From: Haliotis cracherodii
Taxonomy: Eukaryota
Reading direction: 5' to 3'
Assembly: GCF_022045235.1 (NCBI RefSeq)
Contig: NW_027266267.1
Span: 35,216,001 to 35,280,000 of the forward strand
Length of the DNA stretch: 64,000 bases
Shown here: piece after piece, positions 38,301 to 51,260 of the stretch
How the letters are laid out: each line of letters opens with the position of its first letter
How positions within the stretch are numbered: the first letter of the stretch is position 1
Made by a program: the position numbers and the translations under genes
Notes under the pieces: model-generated
Told to the model about the DNA's origin: nothing
Database searches by the model: none
Seen by the model: the letters and a program-made list of their open reading frames with translations, nothing else

Positions 38301-39438
38301 ACTGATGCGGCAGATTAATTTGATTATGTGGACAACATACATGATACGTTAATTGCCAACGGGCTGCCTCTTGGAAGACGATCAATATCAAACTCCCACA
38401 CTGACAACTTTAAGCTGAGCTACAGTAAAAGTATTATCAACACAGAGCATGACCACATTCCATCATTATACATACCTAAAGTGAGATTGTTACTGCCTCT
38501 ATTACGTGAATCCTCACATCGCCACACGGATCCATCATGGACGGTTAGCTCCGTGGTTAATGTCAGATTGTGTTGGTAGTATGTGCAGTTTACACTGACG
38601 CGACCCGAGATGTACTTATCATAATAGATGTCGGTATAATTACTTCCTCCGGGGATACTACTGGGCTTATCATTGTCACAGTGTTCGATGTTCTCTATTT
38701 TCCTTGAATTCAGGACGATTGCGCCGTCTCTGTACCATGTTGTATGCGTCATTGATTCGTTGCTGTTGCTGCTGCAGATTAAGGTGAAAGTGCCTTCAGG
38801 CGGGGTTATGTCAATCTCTAGAGTGAGTTCATCTGCAACTTTCAAAATAACATACATGTGACACGACTGATGTTTTGTTCAACACAACTTTAAAAAAATC
38901 ATTTGTGCTTCTTCAAAATTTCCTGGGAGTCAAAAGTGGTTGCAGGTTGCAGAGGAAGACAAATCAGGAAAACAACATCATTCGTCGTAAAAGGAAGATC
39001 AGTTTCGGGACTCATAATATATTTATCTTATTTTGTTGGTTCAATACATGAATAATGTACAAATCCGTGTACGTGTAATCTTTGTTTGAAAACAAAACTG
39101 AAATTTTGGATATTGTCAAGACAAAGAATATTATATATCAAGTAATTAAATATGAATTACAGAATTGTTCAACACAACTTTAAAAAGTAAGGTTGTTGTG
39201 CTTCTTACATAAATTGCGGTTGTAGGTTGCAGAGGAAGACAAATAAGGAAAACAACATCATTCGTCGTAAAAGGAAGTTTAGTTAGTTTTGGAAAAGAAT
39301 ATTGGACACTACCAAGACAAAGACTGTTTTGTAAGATTACTTGTGAAGTTCTGAAGTGTGTTGAAGCTTACCAGACGAATGTGCATACACAATCATCCCT
39401 ATCCACAGAAGGAACATCAGAGGAATCCCACTTCCCAT
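32280..39438 (-). CDS. Gene D: single-Ig receptor with four copies of a stalk exon (3' end uncertain, possibly 26221)
   Basis: SP 39438-39372, Ig 38832-38476, and 105-nt stalk exons at 36389-36285, 35054-34950, 33719-33615 and 32384-32280. All phase 1. Confidence 0.75.
33615..33719 (-). CDS. Gene D stalk exon, copy 3
   Basis: DFSETSRTDQTLPSRPSTVQQLPFTSTQIPEGSTQG; splice sites intact. Confidence 0.7.
34950..35054 (-). CDS. Gene D stalk exon, copy 2
   Basis: Same translation as copy 3; splice sites intact. Confidence 0.7.
36285..36389 (-). CDS. Gene D stalk exon, copy 1
   Basis: DFPETSRTDKTLPSRPSTVQQLPFTSTQILEDSTQG. Confidence 0.7.
36985..37700. repeat. Degenerate ~30-bp intronic minisatellite
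   Basis: atatcccccagcatc..gatcact motif. Inverted homologs at 43400-44300 and 46070-46660. Confidence 0.75.
38476..38832 (-). CDS. Gene D Ig domain exon
   Basis: FTLIC...TWYRDG...C...VSVNC...HNLTL...DGSVWRC...SNNLTL; 357 nt, phase 1-1. Confidence 0.85.
39372..39438 (-). CDS. Gene D signal-peptide exon (MGSGIPLMFLLWIGMIVYAHSS)
   Basis: ccATGG start context, hydrophobic core, gtaagc phase-1 donor. Confidence 0.85.
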
Positions 39439-41186
39439 GGCTTCGTCAAAACTGCTTGGAGACTCGCTGACGAGCTACACGTTTGGTTCATAAACACACT
39501 GTAAACCTCGTACCTTGTGAAACACTGTGGTATATTTATATTTATATGATGATATGCGTGGTGTTGACACACCCACTGTTTTTTATTAACTTTTATACTC
39601 GCGTTCTCTATAGCGTGATATATAGCGGGTCTGGTATCTAGAAAGAGGAAAATATGTTACATTTTGATCACAATCATTATCATGCAATCCTTTGAATTGA
39701 TGCATGCCACGAATCTTTTGTAACGTGTATGATACATTATATGTCCACATATGAGGAAAACCAGACAACATTGTATTCATTGAATATATTGTAGTCATTG
39801 TACATCATGATAGGTCGTGCAGGAAGACACGTCAATCCGGCATACAATCACTATGAGGAACCTGGCGCTTGTTATGACAAATCATAATCAGTTATAAACT
39901 GGTTTCTAAAAGAAACTTAAGCGTCAACACGAAAACTTAAACTTCCACAATACTTAAAACTTTTGTCCATTCTGTGTAATTCGCTATGTTGAATCTGATT
40001 ATCATATTTGCTTGACAGAAACAAATCTGCTTCGCATTTCCATAGTATTATATATTTGGCTAACAATTGAAAAATATTGGATGAGTAGACGGCAATTCAT
40101 GTTTAAATTTAAATACGGTTGGAAATGTTGTTTAATTCAATGGAATGAATGCAGTTTGTGGAATTATATGGAAACCGGAATCAACTTGAATAGTAAATTG
40201 ATTCCATTTTCAAAACGTAAACAAATAAACAAATATACCACTTCTCCTCTCAATTATTAGGATAGCGTAGTTTCGTACTAGCATTTAAACTTACATATAC
40301 TAAACATGAATAAATGTATGCGTGAGTAAGTGAGAAAGGTTTTATGCCACATTTAGCAATAGTCCAGCAATATCTCGACCAAGGATGGTCTACATTGTAC
40401 CAATGTGAGGAATTAAGCAGGGGCGTTCGGCGTGAGGGGAGACAGGCGGAGGTAGCCACCAGGCTACCGAGCCCTTAATAAACATGAAAACGACTAAGCT
40501 AGATCGGGTGGTGAAGCTGTGTGACATTGTTGATTGCGTCCAATCGTGACGTATGGTGTGTGTTGTTACTCATGCTATCAGACACTGGTTTGTCTGTTTA
40601 ATGTAATTGGACAACTACCCGCCGCCGCGTAAAATAACATTCACTAGTACTCTCTCGAACTCACATAAACTATGTGCCCTCAAAAATCGTACATGTAGAT
40701 GGTGTGTATATAATAATATCAACTGTGACTTATTTTATTTCTGTGACTTATTTTATTTCTACATAAACCAATAAAGCTTTACTACATTGTGAGGTTGTTC
40801 CCGGTACTGGACACCTTCGCCCGAACGCAACGGTCCCCAATAGTAGTGTGTGGCTGCACGTGGAATCATGGACTATGACGCGTGATCCGATTTCGATTGT
40901 AACCAGTCTCGTTACTGTCTTTGTCAAGTAAACGTCTTGTGTTCGTACCTCTGTGTTATATGTTATGTGGGCCAGAAGACCTTACAACATGGACTAACAA
41001 ACTTCAAGCCCAACGAAGCTGAAACTTTGTGATAACGAGAATGTACATAGAAATTCAATCTCGTTATCTATGTAAACTATTGAGGTATCAACATATTGCA
41101 ATACGTCTGCAACCGAAAATTTTACCGTGTTGAAACTTGTCACATACGATTTCTCTTATACGTATGACTTTACTTCGAATCAAAAA

Positions 41187-41357
41187 GGGGCGGTCGGGTA
41201 GACTAGTGGTTAAAGTGTTCGCTCGTCACGCCGAAGACACGGGTCGATTCCCGACATGGGTACAATGTGTGAAGCCCATTTCTGGTGTCCCCCGCCGTGA
41301 TATTGCTGGAATATTGCTAAAAACGGCGTAAAACCATACTCACTCACTCACTCACTC
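41187..41357 (+). mobile_element. SINE family 1
   Basis: Full length; TSD tcgaatcaaaa. Confidence 0.9.
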
Positions 41358-41495
41358 GAATCAAAAAGAGATTCATAAGGATATAACTTGTTTCATAAAA
41401 TACTGCAGCAATGATTTTGCGTTGAATTTTATGAAAGCAATATACGAGTGTACATTGAGCGAAAGAATGTGTTGAATTTTATGGAATCAATATAC

Positions 41496-41659
41496 GAGTG
41501 AGTGAGTGTGGTTTTACGCCGCTTTTAGCAATATTCCAACAATATCACAGCGGGGGACACCAGAAATGGGCTTCACACATTGTACCCATGTCGGGAATCG
41601 AACCCGAGTCTTCGGCGTGACGAGCGAACGCTTTAACCACTAGGCTACCCGACCGCCCC
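41496..41659 (-). mobile_element. SINE family 1
   Basis: Full length, inverted; TSD caatatacgag. Confidence 0.9.
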
Positions 41660-42005
41660 AGCAATATACGAGCGTACATGGAGCGAAGAATGTGTTGTGA
41701 GTCCAGACTTGGAAGCTCGGTTTAACTCATGCAGCGTGTTAATTATTGGTCGCGGAAAACCGGTATAGAGAACGTGAGTAGTCCATGCCTGTTATCAACC
41801 ATAGCAGAATAATAAATTAAAGATAACATAAACAGTTGGCGTATCAGCAGACGAACTTAAACACCCGCGCATATGATCATACGGCTAACATTAACATAGG
41901 GAAATATAAATATACGACAGTGTTTCACAAGGTACGAGGTTTACAGTGTGTATATGAACCAACCTGTAGCTCGTCAGTGAGTCTGCAAGCAGATCTGGCG
42001 AAGCC

Positions 42006-42072
42006 ATGGGCAGTGAGATTCCTCTGAGGTTCCTACTGAGTATAGGAATGATTGTGTATGTACATTCGTCTG
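42006..42072 (+). CDS. Gene E signal-peptide exon (MGSEIPLRFLLSIGMIVYVHSS)
   Basis: Inverted paralog of 39372-39438. Confidence 0.85.
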
Positions 42073-43204
42073 GTAAGCTTCAACACAGTTCAGTATTTCA
42101 CAATTGATCTTACAATACAGTCTTTATCTTGGCAGTGTCCAATATTCTTTTCCAAAACTAACTAAACTTCCTTTTACGACGAATGATGTTGTTTTCCTTA
42201 TTTGTCTTCCTCTGCAACCTACAACCGCGTTTGACTCCCAGGAATTTATTTAAGAAGCACAACAACCTAACTTTTTTAAAGTTGTGTTGAACAAAACATC
42301 AGTCGTGTCACATGTGTGTTATTTTGAAAGTTGCAGATGAACTCACTCTAGAAATCAACATAACCCCGCCTGCAGACAATTTCACCTTAATCTGCAGCAG
42401 CAACAGCAACAGCAACGAATCGATGATGCATACAACATGGTACAGAGACGGCGCAATCGTCCTGAATTCAAGAAAAATAGAGAACGAACGCTGTGACAAG
42501 GATAAGCCCAGTAGTATCCCCCACAACAATACTTATACCGACAGCTATTATGATAAGTACATCTCGGGTCGCGTCAGTGTAAACTGCACATACTACCAAC
42601 ACAATCTGACATTAACCACGGAGCTAACCGTCCATGATGGATCCGTGTGGCGATGTGTGGATTCACGTAATAGAGGTAGTAACAATCTCACTTTAGGTAT
42701 GTATAATGATCGAGTGCCTTCATGCTCTGTGTTGATTTTGATTTTACTGTAGCTCAGTTTAACATTGTTCAATGTGAACCTTAGGCAGTAGCCTCCGTCC
42801 AAGAGTCAGCCCGTGTGTGTTAGGAGTTATATACTATTAATTAATATCAAACTAATCCGCGGCATCAGTTCATTGACGTGATTTACAGCCTTCATGCCAA
42901 CCCTCCTTATCAATAACCACTGGAATATTGTTCCACATTTTCAGACGATGTTCATCACATCCTACCCTTAAATGTTACTTTACAAATGTCCACAATAAAC
43001 AGGGTTGTCGTGCAAGGAGTATGGAATATCTAAATTCAGTGTAAATTACTAACACGCTCTTGTAAGAGTTTGTATTCAACTTCTATGTAGGTTATGGCTT
43101 ATAATAGGTTTAAGGTCACGACTATAGCTACTACTAGGAATTAAGCACGCACTCGACTTACAACCCCCCCCCACCCCTCCACACACCACCTCCTATCCCC
43201 CACA

Positions 43205-43236
<32 letters not shown>

Positions 43237-46200
43237 CCACACCATTCCTCGTTCCCGTTTTATATTGCCTCCCTTATAACACCTTGACACCTCAAAACCA
43301 AAATGGAGTTTTTGATATATTGCCAGTGCTGACCTTATTTCTTATTTTTTTTCAAAAAGCAATGTTCGCTCTGTACAAATAATTTCCTCAGAAATGATTG
43401 AACAGGGTGGTCGGGGATATGACGTCAGTTAAGGCCATACTCGGTGATAAGTCGGTAGTGACTGGGATGGAGGGGGATATGCTGTCAGTGAAGAAATGCT
43501 TGCAGTGATCTGAGTGGTGGGGATTATCGTTAGTGATCAGAATGCATTTAAGTAGTAGTGTCGGTAGTGTTTGGGATTGAGATTATTATGTTGTTTTGGA
43601 TGAAGATGCTGGGGATTATATCGGTGATGATTGGGGTAGTGGGAAATATGCTGGTAGTTATTGGTATGCTGGGGCATATACCCGTTGTGGTCGAGATGCT
43701 AGGGGATATATCTTCAGATTAATTGATGTCGGTGGTGATCGAGACGCTGGGGATATGTCTTTAGTGATCCAGGTGCTGGAGTATACTAGTATATCGGTAG
43801 CGATTAAGATGCTGGGGATATGTTGGTAGTGATCAGGATGCTCGGGTATTTTGGTAGTGATCGGGGTGTTTATAGATATACCGATAGTTATCGAGATGCT
43901 GGGGGATAAGCTGGTAGGGATGGTAGTGATAGGTGATATGTTTTTAGTGATACAATTGCTGGGGATATGTTGTTATGGATTTAAATGCTGGGGAATGTCA
44001 GTTGAGACATGGGTGCTCAGGGGAGAAGGGGGGGGGGATGCTAGATGCTTGGTGTTATTGTGGTACTTATTGAGATGCTCGGGGATACATTTGTAGGAAT
44101 ACGGATGCTGGGTGATATGTCAGGTAGCGATCACGACGATAGGTGATATGTCTGAGGTGATTGTGATGCTGGTGGATATGCGGGTTATGAAAGAGATCCT
44201 GGGGATATGTAGTTTGTAAAGGAGGTCCTCGGAATCTGTCTGTTTTGAGTGGAATTGTTGGGATATGCCGGTAGTGATCATTATGCTAAGGGATGTAATA
44301 GTAGTGAATTGGATGATGGGGATATACATGTACATGTATGTCGGAATGCTTGTTCGCGCCAATGATCAGGCCTAAATTTGCTCAGGAGGCTCGAATCAAA
44401 TTACCAATTTTGCCGCCATATTATTAGTTTTAACAATGTCATCTCAGAAAGTGTCAGATTCCACGTCCTAAAAATCATGAATACAACTCTAGCATGTGGC
44501 GTTGCTAAGTCAAAAGGTTGCTTCTCTTTATGCATGTAATGCAAATATTTCTGAATGTTCGGAAATGTGATTCTCAGATGATATTACATGTGGGTGTTTT
44601 TAATAGATCTAAATATTTTGTCAAATATTTTGAGTGAGTGAGTGAGTGAGTTGGGTTTAACGCCGCTCTTAACAGTATTCCAGGTATATCACGGCGTGTC
44701 AGCTTAATGTGGGAGGAAAGCCCGAAGTGATGCAGGTCTCAGACGTTTACCACTTCGGTGAAACCCACGAGCATGGGTATGGTGCTGACAAACATAGAAA
44801 CATAATCTGGGCGAACCGGGATTCGAACCCACAATCCTAGGTTTTTTGCGTGCCCAAGGGACGCAACTCTGCACATCGAATCGCGGCGCCTTAGACGACT
44901 TGGCCACCCGTGACCCCAACAACTATTTTGAACGTGTATAGCATTATAAGGAGGCGTGTAAGACTCAGAGTTGAAACTGAGTATAATATTTGATTTTACA
45001 TATTTTATGGAGGATTAGGAACCACTGATGCAATAGAATGGATTGTTTCAGAGTTAATGTATGAAGAAAATAGTTGAAATCCAGTGCTCATAGTATATTT
45101 ATTATGACTATGTTGGCACTTTTGTGACTGTAGAGCTACAGTACCATGACACTTGTCGCATTGGCATCTCACCCTGTGATATACATGTACATGTTTTCTA
45201 AAATCATTATACTTCAAGTGAACAATTACTCTGCAGGACATGGGTTTCGATGTTAAGATCGGTATGCAGGTTTGGGCTAAGTAACATATTCTTGAAAATG
45301 CTCTTAGGGGTAATTGTATTTGATTCAAATTCGTCACATTCTATGAAGTTTAACTAACAGGCAAATATGTTTACAGACGTCCTGCTATCTTAAGATCATT
45401 TTCCTCATCGGATGATGGTGATTGATTTAATTAAATGAATACATATCCAGAGTAAAACTTTTGGGAAACAAATAAAATATATAGTGCATAATGAGAAGTT
45501 CTTAAGGTTTAACTGAAGGAACGTTACTTGTAGTGTGTTGTGACAATGTTAAGCAATATTATGTTTATTTATTATTTCGTGAAATGTCCTTACAGGCTTT
45601 ATAGCTGTATAGCTAACTGTCCAAACGTCACTAGTCTCCTCAATATCTATGCAGAAACTATTTAAATTCCAATGCTGACGGCAACTTTCTGAGGACACCA
45701 GGACCTACAGTTTTTAGGTCCTTACTGTCAGAACCACTGTATGTATTCCGAAAAACATTACCACAAGTAACAGTGTTTTAATTATATAATTGGTACATCA
45801 AGACTTTCCTGAGACCAGTCGCACAGACCAAACTCTACCATCAAGGCCATCGACTGTTCAACAATTACCGTTAAAATCAACGCAGATTCTTGAAGGCAGT
45901 ACACAAGGTAAGACAAAGTTCATTTCTTGTTGTGGAAATGTGTTGGCCAACTGAATACATTATGGGTATATCTTTGGGTCTTCTAGTTCAAACATTACTC
46001 AATCCTATTAATCATGTACTGTAGGTAAACAGTAGACCTTATGTGCTATTCGTGAGATCTTCAGATTAATTAATGTCGGTAGTGATTAGGATGCTGGGGT
46101 ATATGCCAGTATTGGTCGTGATCCCATGACGCTCGGGGATAGGCCCATAGTGATCGAGACGCTGAGAGATATGTCTTTAGTGATCCAGAAGTTGTAGGAT

Positions 46201-49200
46201 GTATCTGTAGGAATAGGGATGCTTTGGCTTATGATGTTGTTGACAGTGATCCCGCTCGGAGACACGCCCATAGTAAGTTAGAAGCTGAGTAATATGCTGG
46301 TCGTCACTGAGACTGATATGCTTTTAGTGATTGATATTGTGGGGGATATGTTGGTAGTGATCAAAATGTTCGGGTTATGTTGGTATTGATCGGGATGCAT
46401 ATATCGGAATAGGCTGGTAGGCATTGAGGTGACTGGCGATACGTTGTCAGTGGTGAAAATGCTTGGGAATATATCGATAGTGATCAAGATGTTGTGGTAT
46501 ATGTCGGTGCTAATTTGAATACGTGGGGATACTGTGGTACGTATTGAGATGCTAGGGGATTCATTTGTAGGAATACTGATACTGGGTGATATGTCAGGTA
46601 ATGATCACGACGATGGGTGATACGTCTGAAGTGATTATGATACTGGAGGATATGCGGGCTGTCAAAGAGATCCTGGAGATCTGTCGGTTGTGAAGGTGAT
46701 CCTGGAAATGTGTCGGTTGTGAAGGTGATCCTGGAAATGTGTCGGTTGTGAAGGTGATCCTGGAATTGTGTCGGTTGTGAAGGTGATCCTGGAAATGTGT
46801 CGGTTGTGAAGATGATCCTGGAAATGTGTCGATTGTGAAGGTGATCCTGGAAATGTGTCGGTTGTGAAGGTGATCCTGGAAATGTGTCGGTTGTGAAGGT
46901 GATCCTGGGGATATGTCTGTTTTGAATGGAATACTTGGGATATGCCGGTAGTGATCATAATGCCAAGGGGTGTTCCAACAGTGAAATGGATGATTAGGGT
47001 TTATGCGGGAATGATCGGAATGCTTGTTTTCACTAACGATCAGGCCTCAAGACGTTCGAATCAGATTACCAATTTTGCTGCTATGGGATTATTTTTAACA
47101 ACATTTTATTCAGAAAGTGTCTTTAAGCTTGCAATGCAAACATTTGTTTATGTTCTGAAACTTGATTCGAAGATGTGATATTGTATGTGGGTGTTTATCA
47201 AAACTTTATTTTGTAAAATACTTTGAAAACGTATGGCATTATAAAGAAGCATGTAAGACCTAAAGTTGAAACTCGAATATTATTTCATTTCACATGTTTT
47301 ATAGTGGATTATATTTATATGCATTGTAAAAACATTGTAAGTCAAGTGAACAATTACTTTGCAAGACATGCATTTCGATGTTAGGATTGATATGCATGTT
47401 TGGGTTAAGAAAAATATACTTCCAAATCCTCTTGGAGGTAATGGAATTAGATTCAAATTCATCACATTCTAGGATGTTTTATTAAAATGCAAATATGCTG
47501 ATAGACGTCATGCCCTCTTAACATCGTGTTCTTAGATAATCTAACATTCAATATCGTGGTCAGTTCATATTTGTGTCTACGTATATATTACCAATAGTTA
47601 TAGACCATCATCATTATAGTCAAAATCTCCACACAAAACGGTACTATATTTTTAAAAGTCATATCTTCTCTTCATAGTATTATGTTTTGTAAAATACTAA
47701 AATACTTTATATGTTGTTGTTTCTGTCACCATGATGGATGATGGTGATGGATTTAATGAAAATACTCAATATGAATGCATATTTCCATTTCAATGCCGTC
47801 AGCAACGTTCTGATGTCCTTATGAAATGCAGTTACTGTCAGAACCATTGTACTTATTGTGAAGACAAGTAACATTTGCATCTTCAAGTAACACCCTGTTA
47901 TGGATCCAAATAATTCATTGATGTTAATGTTAATTCCATGCCGGTGTCCAATATGCAATGATAATAATGATAATGTGTGGATAAAGGAGTTTGGACAAGC
48001 ACGAATATCTCGACTCTGGTATGAACAAGCAAACGCTAACTATAGAGGGGGAACTCTCTGGCAATTTGGAATCCATTGCCTGTATTTCTGGAACGTTATA
48101 TCCTGGCCTAAATACAAAGAGATTTTTTTGGATCGGGTTGTAAGGGTCAGTGATGGTTGATTACAGCATCGTTTTTCTGTATATGGGCATTACCCTTTCG
48201 AAGCGTCGATTTTGCACTGAAACGCGTCGAAATTGATTTTGGAATAAAACTGGGCTAGGGTAACGTGACACGTTAACCTTGGACGAGACACTGAATGTGT
48301 CCATTTCTACAGACGAACACAGCAATTATTTAAAATATATCACTTTGGTACACTTGTACGATTTTATTTTGTATTTATTTTTGTCAATAACTGGTGACAT
48401 TGTCTCTACTTTGTCGTTGCCACATTCATTCATTTTCACTACTAGTTTTAAACATTTCTCTGTGATAAATCTAGTTATTTTACTGCCCATCGTTGGCAGG
48501 TTTTTATACGTTTTCAAAGTATTTCTGATATTTAACCTTTGATAGTCACGATATGGCTGAAATATTGCCGATGTGACTTAAAACTTAACTCACTCACTCA
48601 CTCACTCATTCATTTTCACAATCTGACTGTTGACAACGTGTTGTCATTTCATTCACTCGCCACAGTCGCATTCTCTTCATATAAGCATGTAGTACGTCAC
48701 ATACATATATAGGACTGAGCAAAGATTGTAAGTTTTATATCTCTATATAGTAGCATGAACGGTGATAACTCCTGGCAGGCAGTCCTGGAAGGCAACTAGC
48801 ATCGGGGAGATCTGGTTTAGCCAAGTCAGAAATTCCATACAGTGCAAAACAAGAGCATGCAATTGTTTGCTTTTTGGGGTTCAGATTCACTCCCCAGTCA
48901 TAAAGCGTCTTGATCGGCTAATATTGACACGACAGTACTGTTACTCGAGAGCAACTATTATAGTATGCACTGGTATTGAATTTTTGGATATTGATTATTT
49001 CCTGGCCAAATATTCATTCTTATTGATTACCCACCCATGTTGGTATATTGTAAAACACATTGGCTGACACTGCCGCTAAAAGAAGTTGACACTCGTTTTA
49101 ACTTCTCTTTTTTAAGCAGGTTATGCTATATTTCTACTCACTCACTCAGACATACTTCGTGTTGTGAAAAAACCGATGTCAATTCCTTGAAATGTTAAAC

Positions 49201-51196
49201 CATCATTCAATAGTGTATAGGTGAATGGTAAAATATCAAAAGTTGACATCAGTGGAAGGTAAAATTTTAACAGTTGACTTCAGTGAAATATTAAATATTA
49301 TCAATTGACATCAGTGGAAGGTTGAATATCAAAAGTTGACTTCAGTGAAAGATTCAATATTAATAGTCGACTTTAATGAAAGTTTAGATATTACTAGTTG
49401 ACTTCAGTCAAAGGTTAAATTTTAATAGTCGACTTTAGTGAAAGGTTAGATATTAATAGTTGACTTCAGTGGAAGGTTAAATATTAATAGTCGACTTTAG
49501 TGAAAGGTTAGATATCAATAGTTGACTTCAGTGAAAGGTTAAATATTAATAGTCGACTTTAGTGAAAGGTTAGATATTAATAGTTGACTTCAGTGAAAGG
49601 TTAAATATTAATAATCGACTTTAGTAAAAGGTTAGATATTAAAAGTTGACATCAGTGGAAGGTTAAATATCAAAAGTTGACTTTACGGGTATGTGTGTTA
49701 CGGACTTCTTATTTTAGTTCGTAATAACCGTAGTTCGTTATAAGTATATGTACAGCATATTTACAACAAATGGTCGGGACTAAAAATATGTTTGTTATAT
49801 CGGTCAGTTCGTTATAAGCGTGTTCGTTAAAAACATAGATTACTGTATATGATTTTTGTATGCAGACATTTCAGAGGCTACTGAAGAGTCAACTACACCA
49901 CTGACTGATTCAGCAACAACGATCACTACAGACAGCGATACTCATGGTAGTTTTGTATCAGGTAAACATACGATGTATATTATATGTAGAGAAACATTTA
50001 TTCATACTAGTTATGTCATTCACATTTATGACGACGAAAGCCATTTTAATAACCACACGTCGGATACAATATTTAAAGTTTGTATTATCTTTTGTATATT
50101 ATATGTCTCCAGCTACCCACAGTTTAGTTAATAACTCGATCTGTATGCAAATGTCCCAACGTACGCTCAAAACACCCAAACATACAGTAATGTGTTATGT
50201 TATGTCCTCTGAGGTGGGCTATTTGGTTTTTTTTATTATTTGTCAGCAGGTTTTCCAGGGACTGGCTATAAGACAAGTTCACAACTGATTGATTCAACAA
50301 CAACGTTGGCAAAACTAACATCTATCAAGATAACTACTGCCCCGGAAATCGATAACAAAGGTACATGTACCCGTCGTCAACTAACCTATGGGTACGATGT
50401 GTATGATGTTTAGAAATATGCATGAATGTATAACAAAACCATATACTGACGCAGGATCCACGACGGACCACCAATGTGCATTGAACGCCATTTATCTGAA
50501 CAGAGAGTATTGTGATATTCTATATCACAGCAGGCCCGTGACGATTCCGGGGCAGAGTAGGTCTTCAGCAACCCATGCTTGCCGTAAAAGGCGACTACGC
50601 TTGTCATAAGAGGCGACTAACGGGATCTGGTGGTCAGGCTCGCTGACTTGGTTGATGCATGTCATCAGTCCTAATTGCATGGATTGATGCTCATGATATC
50701 AATCACTGGATTGTCTGGTCCAGACTCGATTATTTACAGACCGCCGTCATATAGCTGGAATATTGCTGAGTGCAACGTTAAACATCAAACCAACCAACCA
50801 ACCAACCATATCACAGCTCCAGATATTACGTTTTTTTGCACGGTATTTCTATTGCTGCAGTTTGTTCGAATGCAGATACTGACTTAGCTAAGTCACTGTG
50901 AGTGAATAACGATTATGAATAACAAAGCAAGTCATATTGTAGTAACACCACAAGTAGCATGGCAAAAATAGCATGGACCATACACCCATTACTAACGACG
51001 TGCTCCTTCACGTCATCGGGTGTAGAGGACAAATTGGATCCATTGGATTTCAATGTTAGTCGGCCATCATGGCTATCATAGGCTACTGATATACAGACAC
51101 ATCTTGTATGTAGTAGTTACATACAATATGCATCTCTGCTTACCATGCCCAAAACCTAGTGCTTTTACATTACTACAAACGATCAGGCTACTCGTA

Positions 51197-51260
<64 letters not shown>

